A DNA stretch of 61,894 nucleotides, counting the filler, from Choristocarpus tenellus KU-1152 (taxonomy: Eukaryota; Protista; Phaeophyceae): the NCBI GenBank assembly GCA_964200185.2. It is 8 parts of 8 records of this genome, joined end to end, with 100 filler letters (N's around TTAATTAATTAA, not from the genome) between each part and the next. Parts side by side here need not be neighbours in the genome. Positions count along the whole stretch, not along the records: positions 35,707 to 47,274 come from CAXNAD020002244.1; positions 47,375 to 50,235 come from CAXNAD020024145.1; 6 more parts are not named here. The stretch is one strand, 5' to 3'. Position 1 is the stretch's first letter. Each line of letters begins with the position of its first letter. This document shows, piece after piece, positions 39,001 through 50,335 of the stretch. Made by a program: the position numbers and the translations under genes. The notes beneath the pieces were generated by a model, which was given only the letters and a program-made list of their open reading frames with translations, made no database searches and was not told the DNA's origin.

Positions 39001-42000
39001 TGTCCATTGTTGTACCTATGTTATACGGGAAGATTATCTTCACACTCTGTAAAATATATATGGACATGAGATCCTCGAGGGTGACAGTTATGTGCCAAAT
39101 AGAAGGTCTATCTGACTCCAATAGTCTTGTGTGGTAGTCCTAGTAGTATTCGTAGTAGTAGTAGTGCACTCTACAGCAGAGAGTTGCTTATTTTATCTGA
39201 AATGTCTACATTCTCCCAGTTGAAGTCATTTTCCCTGAAGGTCTGCCAGGTCTCACTCTTTGAACGATTTTTCCCAAACTTTGCTCAAATAATTGTTGAA
39301 GCTAACATCGGATCAGACATCTAATTACCATGTGGCAGCTGTGGGCACCATTTCTGCTGGAGGAGGACTCGAAACCGTCCGTTTTTCTGCTCCAGTCATT
39401 ATGAACGACCGAATGGAGGAGTGGGTCAACATCTTCGATCGCCAACTTGCTTTGGCTGTGATGTGTGACACAGGTTGCAGCTTGGTGTTGCTGCAAGAGC
39501 ATGCTGCAGAGGACAAGAGACGAGACTCTCACAATCAGGTACCCCTACTCCACATCAGCAGCCCTCCCCGAAATCCCCAGGAATCCATGTGGCTGGATAT
39601 GCTTGCCTCTGCAGAGAAGTCAGGAGCAGCGGCAGGCGACACAACAAACGGGAGGCGTACATCCCAAGCATCATCCATGGCATCTTCCAAGTCTAGATCC
39701 AAGATAGCTGGAGGCTCAATCACAAGGGCTGGCAGCGGCAATAATCTCAAGAGATCTGTTTGCCTTCAAGGGGAACTCCTTGCCAGAAGCATTCACTTTA
39801 CCTCTCAGATTGAATTGGCCATAGCTGGGGGAGGACGTTCAAAAGGATGTGAGAGATGGGAAGAGGCTCTGGATGCCATTGGTCGTTCACTTACCATCCA
39901 TACAAATGGTTGGGCTGAATATCTTAGCAATCCGTCGCTGGAAGATGCCCTAAACACCATCTCCTACACGGCACTCATCACCCAAGCACTGCAGCACCGA
40001 GACACAGTTCAACTTCTGAAAGACGCCCTGCACAAAACTGGATCTCAAGGGCAGCAAGATTCCTTACCAGTGATAGACTCCTTTGCATGGGTATGTCATT
40101 TGAGGTACTACTTCAGCTCCCCAGCCAAGGCCCAGGAAGTTTTGGAAGCGTGGAAGAAGGAGGAAAATCGGGAGGAAGAAGATAGAGAGCCAACACCACC
40201 ACCAGTGGTGCGTGTCAGTATTGGCCCCTGGCATACCCCATACGGTTTTGAGTACAGGGGAACTATGGAACGGCTCTGGGTCACACCACTCTCCGAGCGA
40301 TGCCTTCTACACACTACACACTCTGCTAAGGTGAACCCAGTCAGACAACTAAGAATTGTCTATATTGAACCCTCCCCAAATCCACCTCTCTAAAAAAATA
40401 CTTTCCTGCTAAACCTGTGTAAGGGATTGCAAACAGGAGTTCCCACAAGGTGACTTATATTCAGAGTCAGAGTATCTTAGAGGGTAGAGCTGCGTTCATT
40501 TGGGGGCCAAAATCCAATGTGGTGATTTAGATGAAATTTTTACTATTATTTTTGTTAGGAAGTCCCAATGCCCTTGGTCCAAAGATACAATTTCATAATA
40601 TATACGTTTTACCTACTCCCAAACATTTTCGGAGTAGGAAAATGTCATAAAAAAAACCCCATGGGAAGTCAAGCCCCAAATGGACAAACAGGGGCAAAAT
40701 TCATACCCTCTAACATACTTTCACCCTTCTCGTTGCATATTGTTGAAGGAATTTATTACCCTATGACATGAAAAGCTGATACAGCAATGGGAACAATTCA
40801 TTGTCGAAAACAAAATGAGACATTTTGCTCAGGACATAGGGTACAAGTGATTCCAAATCAACTAATCCCTCGGCAATGGATGACATGTCACGTTAGTTAG
40901 AGTATCAACTAGAATATTTCACTTTGTCTCTTGAAGTAATATCCATTCTTAGGCTGGACATGTTGTGCTCATTGCTCTTTGGTTGGCTCATATCAATCTT
41001 TCTATGTTGAGGACAGTGGGTCGGAATGAAAGTTAATTACTCCGACTACATCTCTAGTCAGCCTTAGGCTAAAATGTTGTGTCCAATGTTGACGAACTTC
41101 CCCTCCACCACATATATCCTTATTGGTCAAGAAATATATTACAAACTCTAGAACTTGAGTTAACATGGTCTATTTTGATAGAACAAAAAATCTGTGTAGA
41201 TCTGTATATTGATAATTCAAAATATAATCTACTTCAAAGTAGTTAATTTCCTGTTTTAATAAAATATTAAGCTTTTTACAAGAGCACACATTTGACTTAA
41301 CGCTACCTGAAACAGTTTCTGCCTAACAGTAGAATGATTTGCTTCTCTTTGTGTGCTCTCTCATGAGATCACACTATTTTGTTGACAAGAAAGCAACTCC
41401 CATCACCAAAGTATGATTCATCCTTGTGCAGCAAATAGTGCAATCCTTCTAACCTTGGATACCTACAATGTACTTTCAAGGGTTGCCTAGCTGGACTCTT
41501 AATCCCTGCAGTTGCCAGAAGTGGCTGGGGTGCTGCAGCTGCATCTGGAGATTCAGTCGGCTCTGCAACAGCAGCTGAAGATATGGCCTTGGCATTTGGG
41601 AGGACATTTCACCTTCTTCCTGCAGGACGAATCACCTCACCTCAGGTGGGGTGGTGGATAAGACAAGCGTGCAGGGCTTATCACAGCAACATAATGTAGA
41701 AAGGAAGTGATCCCCAACTAATAGAGAAAAGTAACGATATATATACTACAGACTTTTTCCTCTTGACTTCATCATAACTCCTTCAAGTGTACATTCGTCT
41801 CTACAAAATATAAGTTTCCAAACTTCCAGGGTTTCAACTGAATTGGCAGGCCATCAGCAATGCACTTGCACTGGTTTTTTCAAATGGAGGAGTAACGGTT
41901 GTGGCAGGGGTGGACATACTTCCCAATCTCACACTTGCAGTGATGACTGAGAGCTTGCATGCTGTAGCATCCTGCCTTCGGGCTGGTCAGCAAAGTGTTC

Positions 42001-44019
42001 TAGTTAATGGGCAGGAGGTGAGTGTACAGAGACAGAGGAGTCTTCTTTACTGAGGGAATTGTGCCAAATTTCTTTCTCTGGCTTGCCCAAAGCACCTCCA
42101 GAGATTTTGCTCAGAAATCTACACCATAGATGCATATGCCAATCCCAATGTCCATCATGCTCGCAGTTTTTTCCTCTTGTAGTTCCTCACTGAACTTCTC
42201 TTGCTCTGTCTTATCTCTCCAAGAAGCAAGTCTTACCTTCACTTGATATTGTCCTTTGCTTGCCATTCATTTCCCATCGGCATTATTTCCAGGTTTCAAT
42301 AGCATCACCTGAGGCACACCTCTCTCCAGGATTTGACCCGATCCTCCATCAGTGGAAACTTCTCCCAAAGAGTGATCTTTCAATTAAGAATATTCCCCCA
42401 CAGTCTCCCCTTACTGGGGTCTTCGGGACAGTTGCCAGAACAGGGCCTGATCATCAGCTTCCTTTGACCATCAGGACAGTGTTTCGACCTGTGCTGATCT
42501 CCCCTCCCAACCTTCCAATACTGCTGAAGGCTATGCTTTTCTCAAATGGTTTCAGTCATGCAAACAAACTCTATAACGCAATTTTGGAAGGCTTAGAAAA
42601 TATTTTTGAGAAGGTTTGGTACAACTGTGGTAGCTGTGGTTACCATGGTGGTAGCGATGTTGAGGATAAGAAACACCAGCCCCCGCGAGATTTAAGTACT
42701 CAGATGCTTCTCTACAATATTATTCGGCCAGCTGTAGCGGTTGCATCAGGAATCCTTGCTCAGGAGGCTGCAAAACTCCTTAGGGTTGCCGCAAAGAAGC
42801 TGAGCTTGCGCTCACTCCCAGCATCAGAGCGGCAGATGCAAATAAAGGCCGTACAGGTAGGAGTGCAGGCAAAGGTACTAATCGCAGGGCTGGTCCACTC
42901 TCTCCTTGAAGCGGAGAAGCTGTGCTCTCAGGTTGGAGGGACGGGAGGCAAGTTCACATCCCTCTTGAACAAGGACAACAAACTGGAGTGGGGAGACACA
43001 GTTAACAGAGGTTTCACAAACCAGAAACATCAAAACAGAGAAGCAACTCCCGTAAGGTACAGCCCTAAGGAGATTGAGAGCACAACTGTGAGACGAGCAA
43101 TCATGGTGAACATCCTTGAGGGTTCAGGAGAATTTGCAGAGATGATTAAGATCCTGAAGGAACTGGAGGTGAGAACCCTGAGACTACATTTAGTTTCCTC
43201 TAGGCTATATTTTTTCTGTTCCAATTGTTGATTCACTATGGAAATGAATTCAGTTAAATTCCAAAGTTCTAGCCTAAGCTAGTGCTGACTCTTTGTGACC
43301 TGATACATTCAGTTGTCAAACTTCTCTGTTTGTATATGCAGTCTATTATTCTCAATGGTAATGATTGATCAGGAAGAAAGTGCTTGAGAGGGGCAGCTTT
43401 GTCTCATGCTTGACGTTTCTTTGTTTTTGTGGAGAATCACACACGTGTTGCAACACTTGCCACGGGCTCTTTGCTCTACCAATCCATAATCCTATTGAGG
43501 CAAGCACAAACAATTGAAAGCATTTTGCAATAGAAAACAGTTTTTTCAAGACCACTAAAATTGTCACATTTCACTCCAATCTCCAGAAAGGGCGAACAGT
43601 GGAAGGGCAGGAGGTCAAGAGTCATACTGAAGAGCTTGCAAAAGCATACACCCCTTTCCGTGCCAAAGATATAACCAGTTTTTTGGCCATGGTGAATAGG
43701 GCGCTCCATGTCAGCGGCATCAACCCTACCACTGAGCAGGTCCATGTACATTGACCGCAATGCTTGTCCTGATATGTGGGCATAGATTAATCAGTCGGTT
43801 CTGGGGTCAATACTTCCAAGGAGGACTGGAATACAAGCCTGCTATCTTGTACAAGCCCAAAATGAACGCTCAACTCATGACAGTAGATGTTAATAGTACC
43901 TACTACCATCACTAGCAATTGTTTGACAACTGGATGGCTTTTGTGCGCTGAATACCTCATTATATTGGCCCATTATCTTTTTTTCATCAAAATTTGTCAC
44001 ATTAATATATCTGCAGGTT

Positions 44020-44054
<35 letters not shown>

Positions 44055-47000
44055 GTGTGTGTGTCTGACATGGATACATTCGTCCTCCATCAACCTCCAG
44101 GGGATCAAAAAAGGGCATTTGGTGACTCCACATAGTTTATCCCAAGTTCCTTCTAAACTTCATTCACAATGCTAACAAGCGTTGCTCCAACTTATTAGGT
44201 AAAAGCAGGGGTGTCACTGTGGGATGCACTCTGGTCTTGTCGCACGCCAGCAGTGATTGTCACAGGCCCCACAGGGGTGGGTAAATCTGCCATCATCCAC
44301 GCCATGCCCCATATGGCTGGATATGTCCAAAGGATGCAGAATCGTCTTGGAAAAGCGATATCAAAGATGAAGGTTGGCAGGTGATTTATTTCCTCTAGAA
44401 ATGCAGGGTATAGCATTTTTTCTCCAATAGACCCAGATTGATAGTTCGCAATGTGTATGATCAACGTGTATGATCAACATGTATAATCAATGATGCTTCG
44501 CAAGAAATCAAAGCACCCATTTTGTATGTTAGAATCAAAAACGGTACTCGGTAACAATCTTATATCCATTAAAATGAGGAATTCTTGCCTGCAGTCCATC
44601 AAAACAGGCCCAATCCGAGAAAGATCAACCCAGCAACATGGGGTGGCCAGGATCACCGCTCAGTTCTGCACCCCATGGTTTCAAGTCCCCTTTCAATTCT
44701 CGAGGGGCAGCACCTTACCGCCAAATCTGCAATCGGTTGGTGAGACTGTAGGTTCCTTGTGAGCCTTGAGATAATTTGCTCTTGAGCCTTGAGGATATTC
44801 ACACTCTAGGATAAGGATACCCCATACTCTGGGCAACAAAATTCGGGGAAAGTGCAGGGGCTCTATCCCCTCTGTCAAAATCTACTGAAGGTTTGAATTA
44901 TCACACTGGAGATGGCAATGGGAACAGACACTGACGCATTATTTTAGCCACTCACAGCAATCTCCGTATATCTAGAGTTTGAATTCATAACCTGAGCAAA
45001 TCTTGTCGGAGGGGATTGAGTACGACCAAGGCTGCCATGTCATCAACTGTACCCTCTACATCAAAAATGCGATGACCAAGGTGGATTTCACAGACTATGT
45101 TCGACATACGAGTGTTTTCCGGAAGGGAAAAGTTGGAGGAGGAAATGATGAGTCCACTGTGAAAACAGGAAGGTCTGGTTCTTCTGCAGGGACAAAGATG
45201 ACAGCAATTTCGGGGTGTTCTGACTTATCTGGCAAGAGCACCGCCAGCAACAGCAGCGAAGCAATGAGTGTACTAAGCTTTGGAAATGACGGAGGTGTCA
45301 CCACAAACGGAAAAATGATCTTGTCCGCCCCTGGGCAAGCTCGAAGCCTTCCAGCTATTGCATTGGAAGATGGTATATTCGTCATCCCTTCTCAGGAGGT
45401 GCATACTATGAAGCCTGATGATAGCTCGAGGTGTACACCCCATAGTCCTACCAACCAAATAGCACCTGGGGACTTAAATATCGGTTTGATTCTCTCCATA
45501 TGATTACATCTTACAAACAATTCAAGTGTGCAACATCTCCCACAAACCTTTAAACTTTGAAGCACCCAGTGAAAGTATCTTAGAGGTACGAGTTTTGCAC
45601 TGTTTGTTTGTTTGGGGCGTGGCTTCCCACGGGAAAATTTAATGACATTTTCGTACTCTGAAATGTTTCGGAGTAGGTAAAAGATATACGTTATGAAAAG
45701 GTGTGTCCGGAACAAAGATATTGATACTTCCTATCAACCACAATAGCCAAAATTACGTCAAAATCGCAACATTGGATTTTGGCTCCCAAACGGACGCGTC
45801 TCTACCCTCTAAGATACTTTGACTCACCCCCAAAAAGTAGCCAGCCTAGGTCATTCCATTGTTCCACTGCTTCCTGGGCTTTATGCCCATCACTGATGAT
45901 TCATACGGCAACATTTGTTTGCTACTCTTGTGCTGTACACAATTTATGAAGCTCGAGGTGGTATATACTGGGAGCTGCCGTCCTGAGCACCTGATAGGAT
46001 CATCTGACGAGTTTGGACAATGGCATGATGGTACCCTAATAAGGCGACTCCGTGTTCTTGCAGAAGGTGGTGCTGACAGGCACCGGGTGGGTGCAGGGGC
46101 CAGTGCTAGGAGGGACTTGCACAAACACCCCGATGGTTGCTCTGATGGAGTCTCCCACAGGATGCAAAGCCGACTCTTAGTTTTAGATGGTCCAGTAACC
46201 AAGCTCATTGAGGGCCTATTCACAGCTGGTTTGCCCAGTGGACCAGGGCTCACAGGTGCCAAGGTATGTTTCTTCTGCCTACTCATGCCGTTGTGGTTGG
46301 TGGGTAAAAATGCAAGGCCACAACCAGGTTTTGTTATGGCTAGTTTGAAAACAAGTTCTTGGTATGAATACGCAGGACGAAATATCTGTGTGCTTAATTG
46401 TAGCTTCTCCTCCAAAAGATTTTCGACGTACATCAAACAATCTTCAAAATTGCATGAGTGACTATCCTAAACAAAAAAATACTATAGAGTATCACCAACA
46501 TCCTGACTGGAGGTTTCCTGTTTATCTAAGTCTCCCCTAGTCAAAACCCTCAACAAATTCACACTACCTTGCAGAATCTTGGATTGGACAACCGCTGCCT
46601 TGTGCTTCCTGAGGGTGAACCACTTGCCTTGGACTCCTGGGCACACATTGCCATTGAAGCTGGGCATGTCAGGCATCTTAGTCCAAGTGCGCTGGCAACC
46701 ATAACCATCATACATGTTGATGTGTCCCGCTCAGACATTGTGAGGGGAATGTTGAAGGTGAGGACTGACAGAGCGAAAGAAGTCAAAAGACATCTGGGAT
46801 AATACAAGTCATCCTTTCTTTGCTAGTCTTGTCCCAAGTATTGAGCCAGGTTGCCGAAATGGGATCACGATTCCGTACAATGCTGGTACCTAACATATGA
46901 GAGGGGGGCGGGTACACATTAGTAGTTCCCGATTTTGCAAGAAACCAAGCAATTCTCTTCCCATTCCAGGCCTTTGCCGAATGATGTTCTCTTGATGACA

Positions 47001-47187
47001 ATTCAATCTTTTTGTCTTTCCCCAATTCAAGTAATCCTTGAAACCAAAACATTTTCCTTGCCACCAGGCATGGTTGAGAAAAATGACCAGGCACCACTTA
47101 AAAAATGAGGAATCAGGAAACCATCCATACGCCAACATCATTGCAACGGCAGTCTCCGACTTCCTCAACTATGAGGGATTCATTCAG
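36052..47187 (+). CDS. Highly divergent dynein heavy chain (linker, AAA1, AAA2), partial. Exons 36052-36399, 36729-36853, 37648-37800, 38437-38614, 39317-40330, 41481-41645, 41850-42017, 42293-43168, 43587-43739, 44199-44372, ~45081-45398, ~45958-46263, 46575-46757, 47068-47187
   Basis: Dynein landmarks in the correct order: VQEQWVRLAPSF, WLRERMASCPRL, EEWV, FAWVCHLRYY, YGFEYRG..ERLWVTPLSERC, LP..IRTVFRPV, AAA2 P-loop GPTGVGKS, L.G......WHDG, LVLDGPV, LDNRCLVLPEGE, HLSPS. Splice phases are consistent. Confidence 0.9.
40464..40726. mobile_element. ~260-bp MITE with ~23-bp terminal inverted repeats, in a dynein intron
   Basis: gagtcagagtatcttagagggta ... taccctctaacatactttcaccc. Confidence 0.75.
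45567..45825. mobile_element. Second copy of the ~260-bp MITE, in the opposite orientation
   Basis: cagtgaaagtatcttagaggta ... taccctctaagatactttgactc. Internal sequence is reverse-complement-similar to 40464-40726. Confidence 0.75.
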
Positions 47188-47399
47188 GTGACTTTAGGAT
47201 TTTTTCTTCAAGTGTTCTGAAATACTTCAGAGTATATCTTATTTGGAATAGTATTCGGAACACCTGCTCATACCNNNNNNNNNNNNNNNNNNNNNNNNNN
47301 NNNNNNNNNNNNNNNNNNTTAATTAATTAANNNNNNNNNNNNNNNNNNNNNNNNNNNNNNNNNNNNNNNNNNNNAGAAGGCCAAGTCCGTGAGCTTTAC

Positions 47400-48866
47400 C
47401 TCAGGTGCTTCAATATCGGGAAGCTCAATCCCCTCCCCTCCTTCTTCAGGGGTCACCATATCTCCATTAGGACCAACAACCAAGGGTGTCCAGGTAGCTT
47501 CAAGTTTCCCCACCTCGTCATAAGGGGCCTGGGCATTCTTGACTGTGTTGAATCTCTCTTCATCCTGTCAACATATGAAACGCCACGTGAGGTAAGGCAA
47601 TGGAATGCACAGGAGAGGGCTGGAAAGTAGATCAAGAAACTGAGTTAAATTTTCTAATGTTGATCGGGTAGCAATACAACAAGTAGGGTCAATAACGTAA
47701 GAGGTAGTCCATTCCCACCCTGAGGATTACGTGCTGTTTGTGACACACTCCCTCTGTCCTGTAAGTCTGTATCGTTATGGTTTTTTGTGAATAACCTTTT
47801 CAAATGTGAGATTCGGAAACTAAAAAATAATATCGTTTGCTAGCCAACAACTTCGGCTTGCACATAAAAATATATTCAAAATATTTTTTCCTTTCGAAAT
47901 GGTTGAGAAACCACTCCCTGAACACTAACGGTTTTTTTTCGGAAACGGCCGATTCAGCGAAAAAAGAAAAATCGACCAAACATGGCTGGAAATGATGGTT
48001 AATCGACCAAAACTTTTCACCAAGACCTCCATTGAAGACGTGGTTAGTTGCGTTGGATTCCTAGTCGTTTTTTGCATCCAATTAATTACTCGTCACTCTC
48101 ATTTTCTCCTGTGTGTGTTCTGGATCTCATGATCACCATTGACAGAGACACATACAACGCGGCCACAACTTGATGGATTGGGTGAGAGAATGAGAGTGGC
48201 AAGAAAATAATTCATCCAAAAAAGTCTCATCAAGGAATCCAACACGACTAACCGTGTCTTCATCAAAGGTCTCGTTGAGATGTTATGGGCGATTAACCAT
48301 CATTTCCACTCACTTTTCCCCGGTTTAGCTGTTCTTGCTAAATGTGCCATCTCCAACAAAAAAACGTTTGTGTTCAGGGGCAGGTTTCTCGACCATTTTG
48401 AAATGCAAAAAAAGTATTTTGAAGATATTTTTATGTGCAAGCCGAAGTTGTTGGCTAGCAAACAATATTATTTGTAGTTTCTGAATCTCACATTTGAAAC
48501 AGTTACTCACAAAAAACCATAATGATACAGAATTACAGGACAGAGGGAGTTGTAACTAGAGCCTTGTATCTTCTGTGATACTGCAAATGATGTAAGGATC
48601 TTCTTGTCACCAGCTCCTGATCTTGAGGATATGAATGAAGATTGAGGCCAAGGTGTTGAAGCTTGTTGAGACGTTTTGATCAAGGTGCAGTAATGCTACA
48701 GAGCATTTTGATCAAATCTACCGCGCACCCGCATGTTAAGCACAGACACACCTCAAGTGCAGACTAAGCGCAAAATATGAAGGTCATACATACCTCAAGT
48801 GAGCTCACACACCTCAGTGGCCATCAAATAGACTAAAGGCTCAGTGAAGAAAGTCGATACCCCCAA
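47400..48866 (-). CDS. Probable kinesin-3 (KIF28/KLP-6-like) stalk exons 48866-48813 and 47564-47400
   Basis: Two phase-0 exons give LGVSTFFTEPLVYLMATE-DEERFNTVKNAQAPYDEVGKLEATWTPL...LPDIEAPE, resembling the kinesin-3 stalk motif (LG...V.L..L.Y...G.L.V...P). No motor domain is in the contig. Confidence 0.45.
47747..48550. mobile_element. ~800-bp foldback/MITE with Stowaway-like ends, intronic
   Basis: Starts actccctctgtcctgtaa and ends ttacaggacagagggagt. Arms ~47747-48110 and ~48183-48550 are complementary along their length. Confidence 0.85.
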
Positions 48867-50335
48867 CTGGTAGGTACAATCCAGGAGGAGAAGGCTGGGA
48901 TCATGCCTATCTGGCACAGTATAATTCCTCTTGTTGTCAATTGCTGCTCTAAGGTTTGCGACCTTATTGGAAGGGAGGAGGGAGGGGGGATGGGGGTAAT
49001 TGGCTTCATTTAGGGATTGCGTAAGCACTCCATTTGGTCAGGCTCATTTTGGTGTGTGAGGGGCACATTTTGTCTGGAAGCAATAGTGCCTCACATTGTC
49101 CTATCTAATGTGGTACAAAACACACATAGGTCACCAAACTCATGATGCTAGCAAGCTCAATTGGTCATTAGAGTGATAATCTCTTGCAGTTTACCAAGTG
49201 CTGAACTAGTATGGTCTAACCTCATAGGCAGATAGTTCGTTTCAGTGAATTGTGGATCAAAGTGATATATTAATGCATGTTAATGTCCTTGTGGGGCCTA
49301 TACCAATCTAGAGCTCAAATCTTGAAGCGATCCTCTGGGCATTTCTCCCCTCTTTCCTCCTTCCAAGTCAAAGTGATGGGACTGTGTTGCCCTACGATAT
49401 GGTCTGTGTTACCCTTCTCTGTCTCACTAGTAAATTCATAGCCCTTACCTCATCCCGTAGAATGGAGTGTTGCTTGAGGAAATCAAAGGAGGACACATAA
49501 GCTGTTTGGCTGGTGCGGGTGTTCTTGACTTGCACACTTGCTGCAACCTCATAGAAATCATTCTGAGGTCAGGGTTAGGGCGCACTTTCTCAGAGTACTA
49601 TACTCTATTATAATGTATTGTACTATGCTGTTGCACGATGCTGTACTTGTTATGTATGGTTTACTAACTGGTAAGGATTCAGTTTGCCATTGAGCTTGTA
49701 TCACTATTGGGGAAGGAAAAGATTGTCAAGAGGAATTGTATCACTATTGTCAGCAATAAAGAGGAAGGAGAGCGCTTCATTACAGCGATCAGCAATCGAA
49801 GATTGTCAAGAGGAGAACCACAGCCTTGCCTAGGGAGAAACGAAAATGACATCAAAGCAGTAGTCGGAATCATGAAGTCTGGGCATTCCACTTACTTACC
49901 AACAATTGCTACAGCAAACCACCTAAAAGCAGTCTATCATGAGATATCTACATATCATCGATATCTTTACTGTGCCCATTTTTCAAAGGTAGTTAATGGT
50001 TTTCCTATTGAGCCATTGCCACTGAATACAACATTCCCTTCCTTGAGATGTACAAATACCTCACCAATTGTATACGTATCACTATTCTCCTGTACCTTCA
50101 TTCCTATCCTTATCCTTGCACACAGCACGAGATAAAAGTGCAGTGACGGTATCATTGAGCTCATGTCATTCACCCCCCCCCCCCACGCCCCCCCCCCGCA
50201 CCCCCTACGCCCCTCTCCCCCCCACCACCAACCCCNNNNNNNNNNNNNNNNNNNNNNNNNNNNNNNNNNNNNNNNNNNNTTAATTAATTAANNNNNNNNN
50301 NNNNNNNNNNNNNNNNNNNNNNNNNNNNNNNNNNN

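Noticed and set aside
12364-50335. Repeated TTAATTAATTAA motifs, and an apparent cluster of cytoskeletal genes (myosin, CEP70, dynein, kinesin)
   Set aside because: The motifs are artificial linkers. Dynein and kinesin lie on different contigs from myosin/CEP70, so the clustering is not biological.
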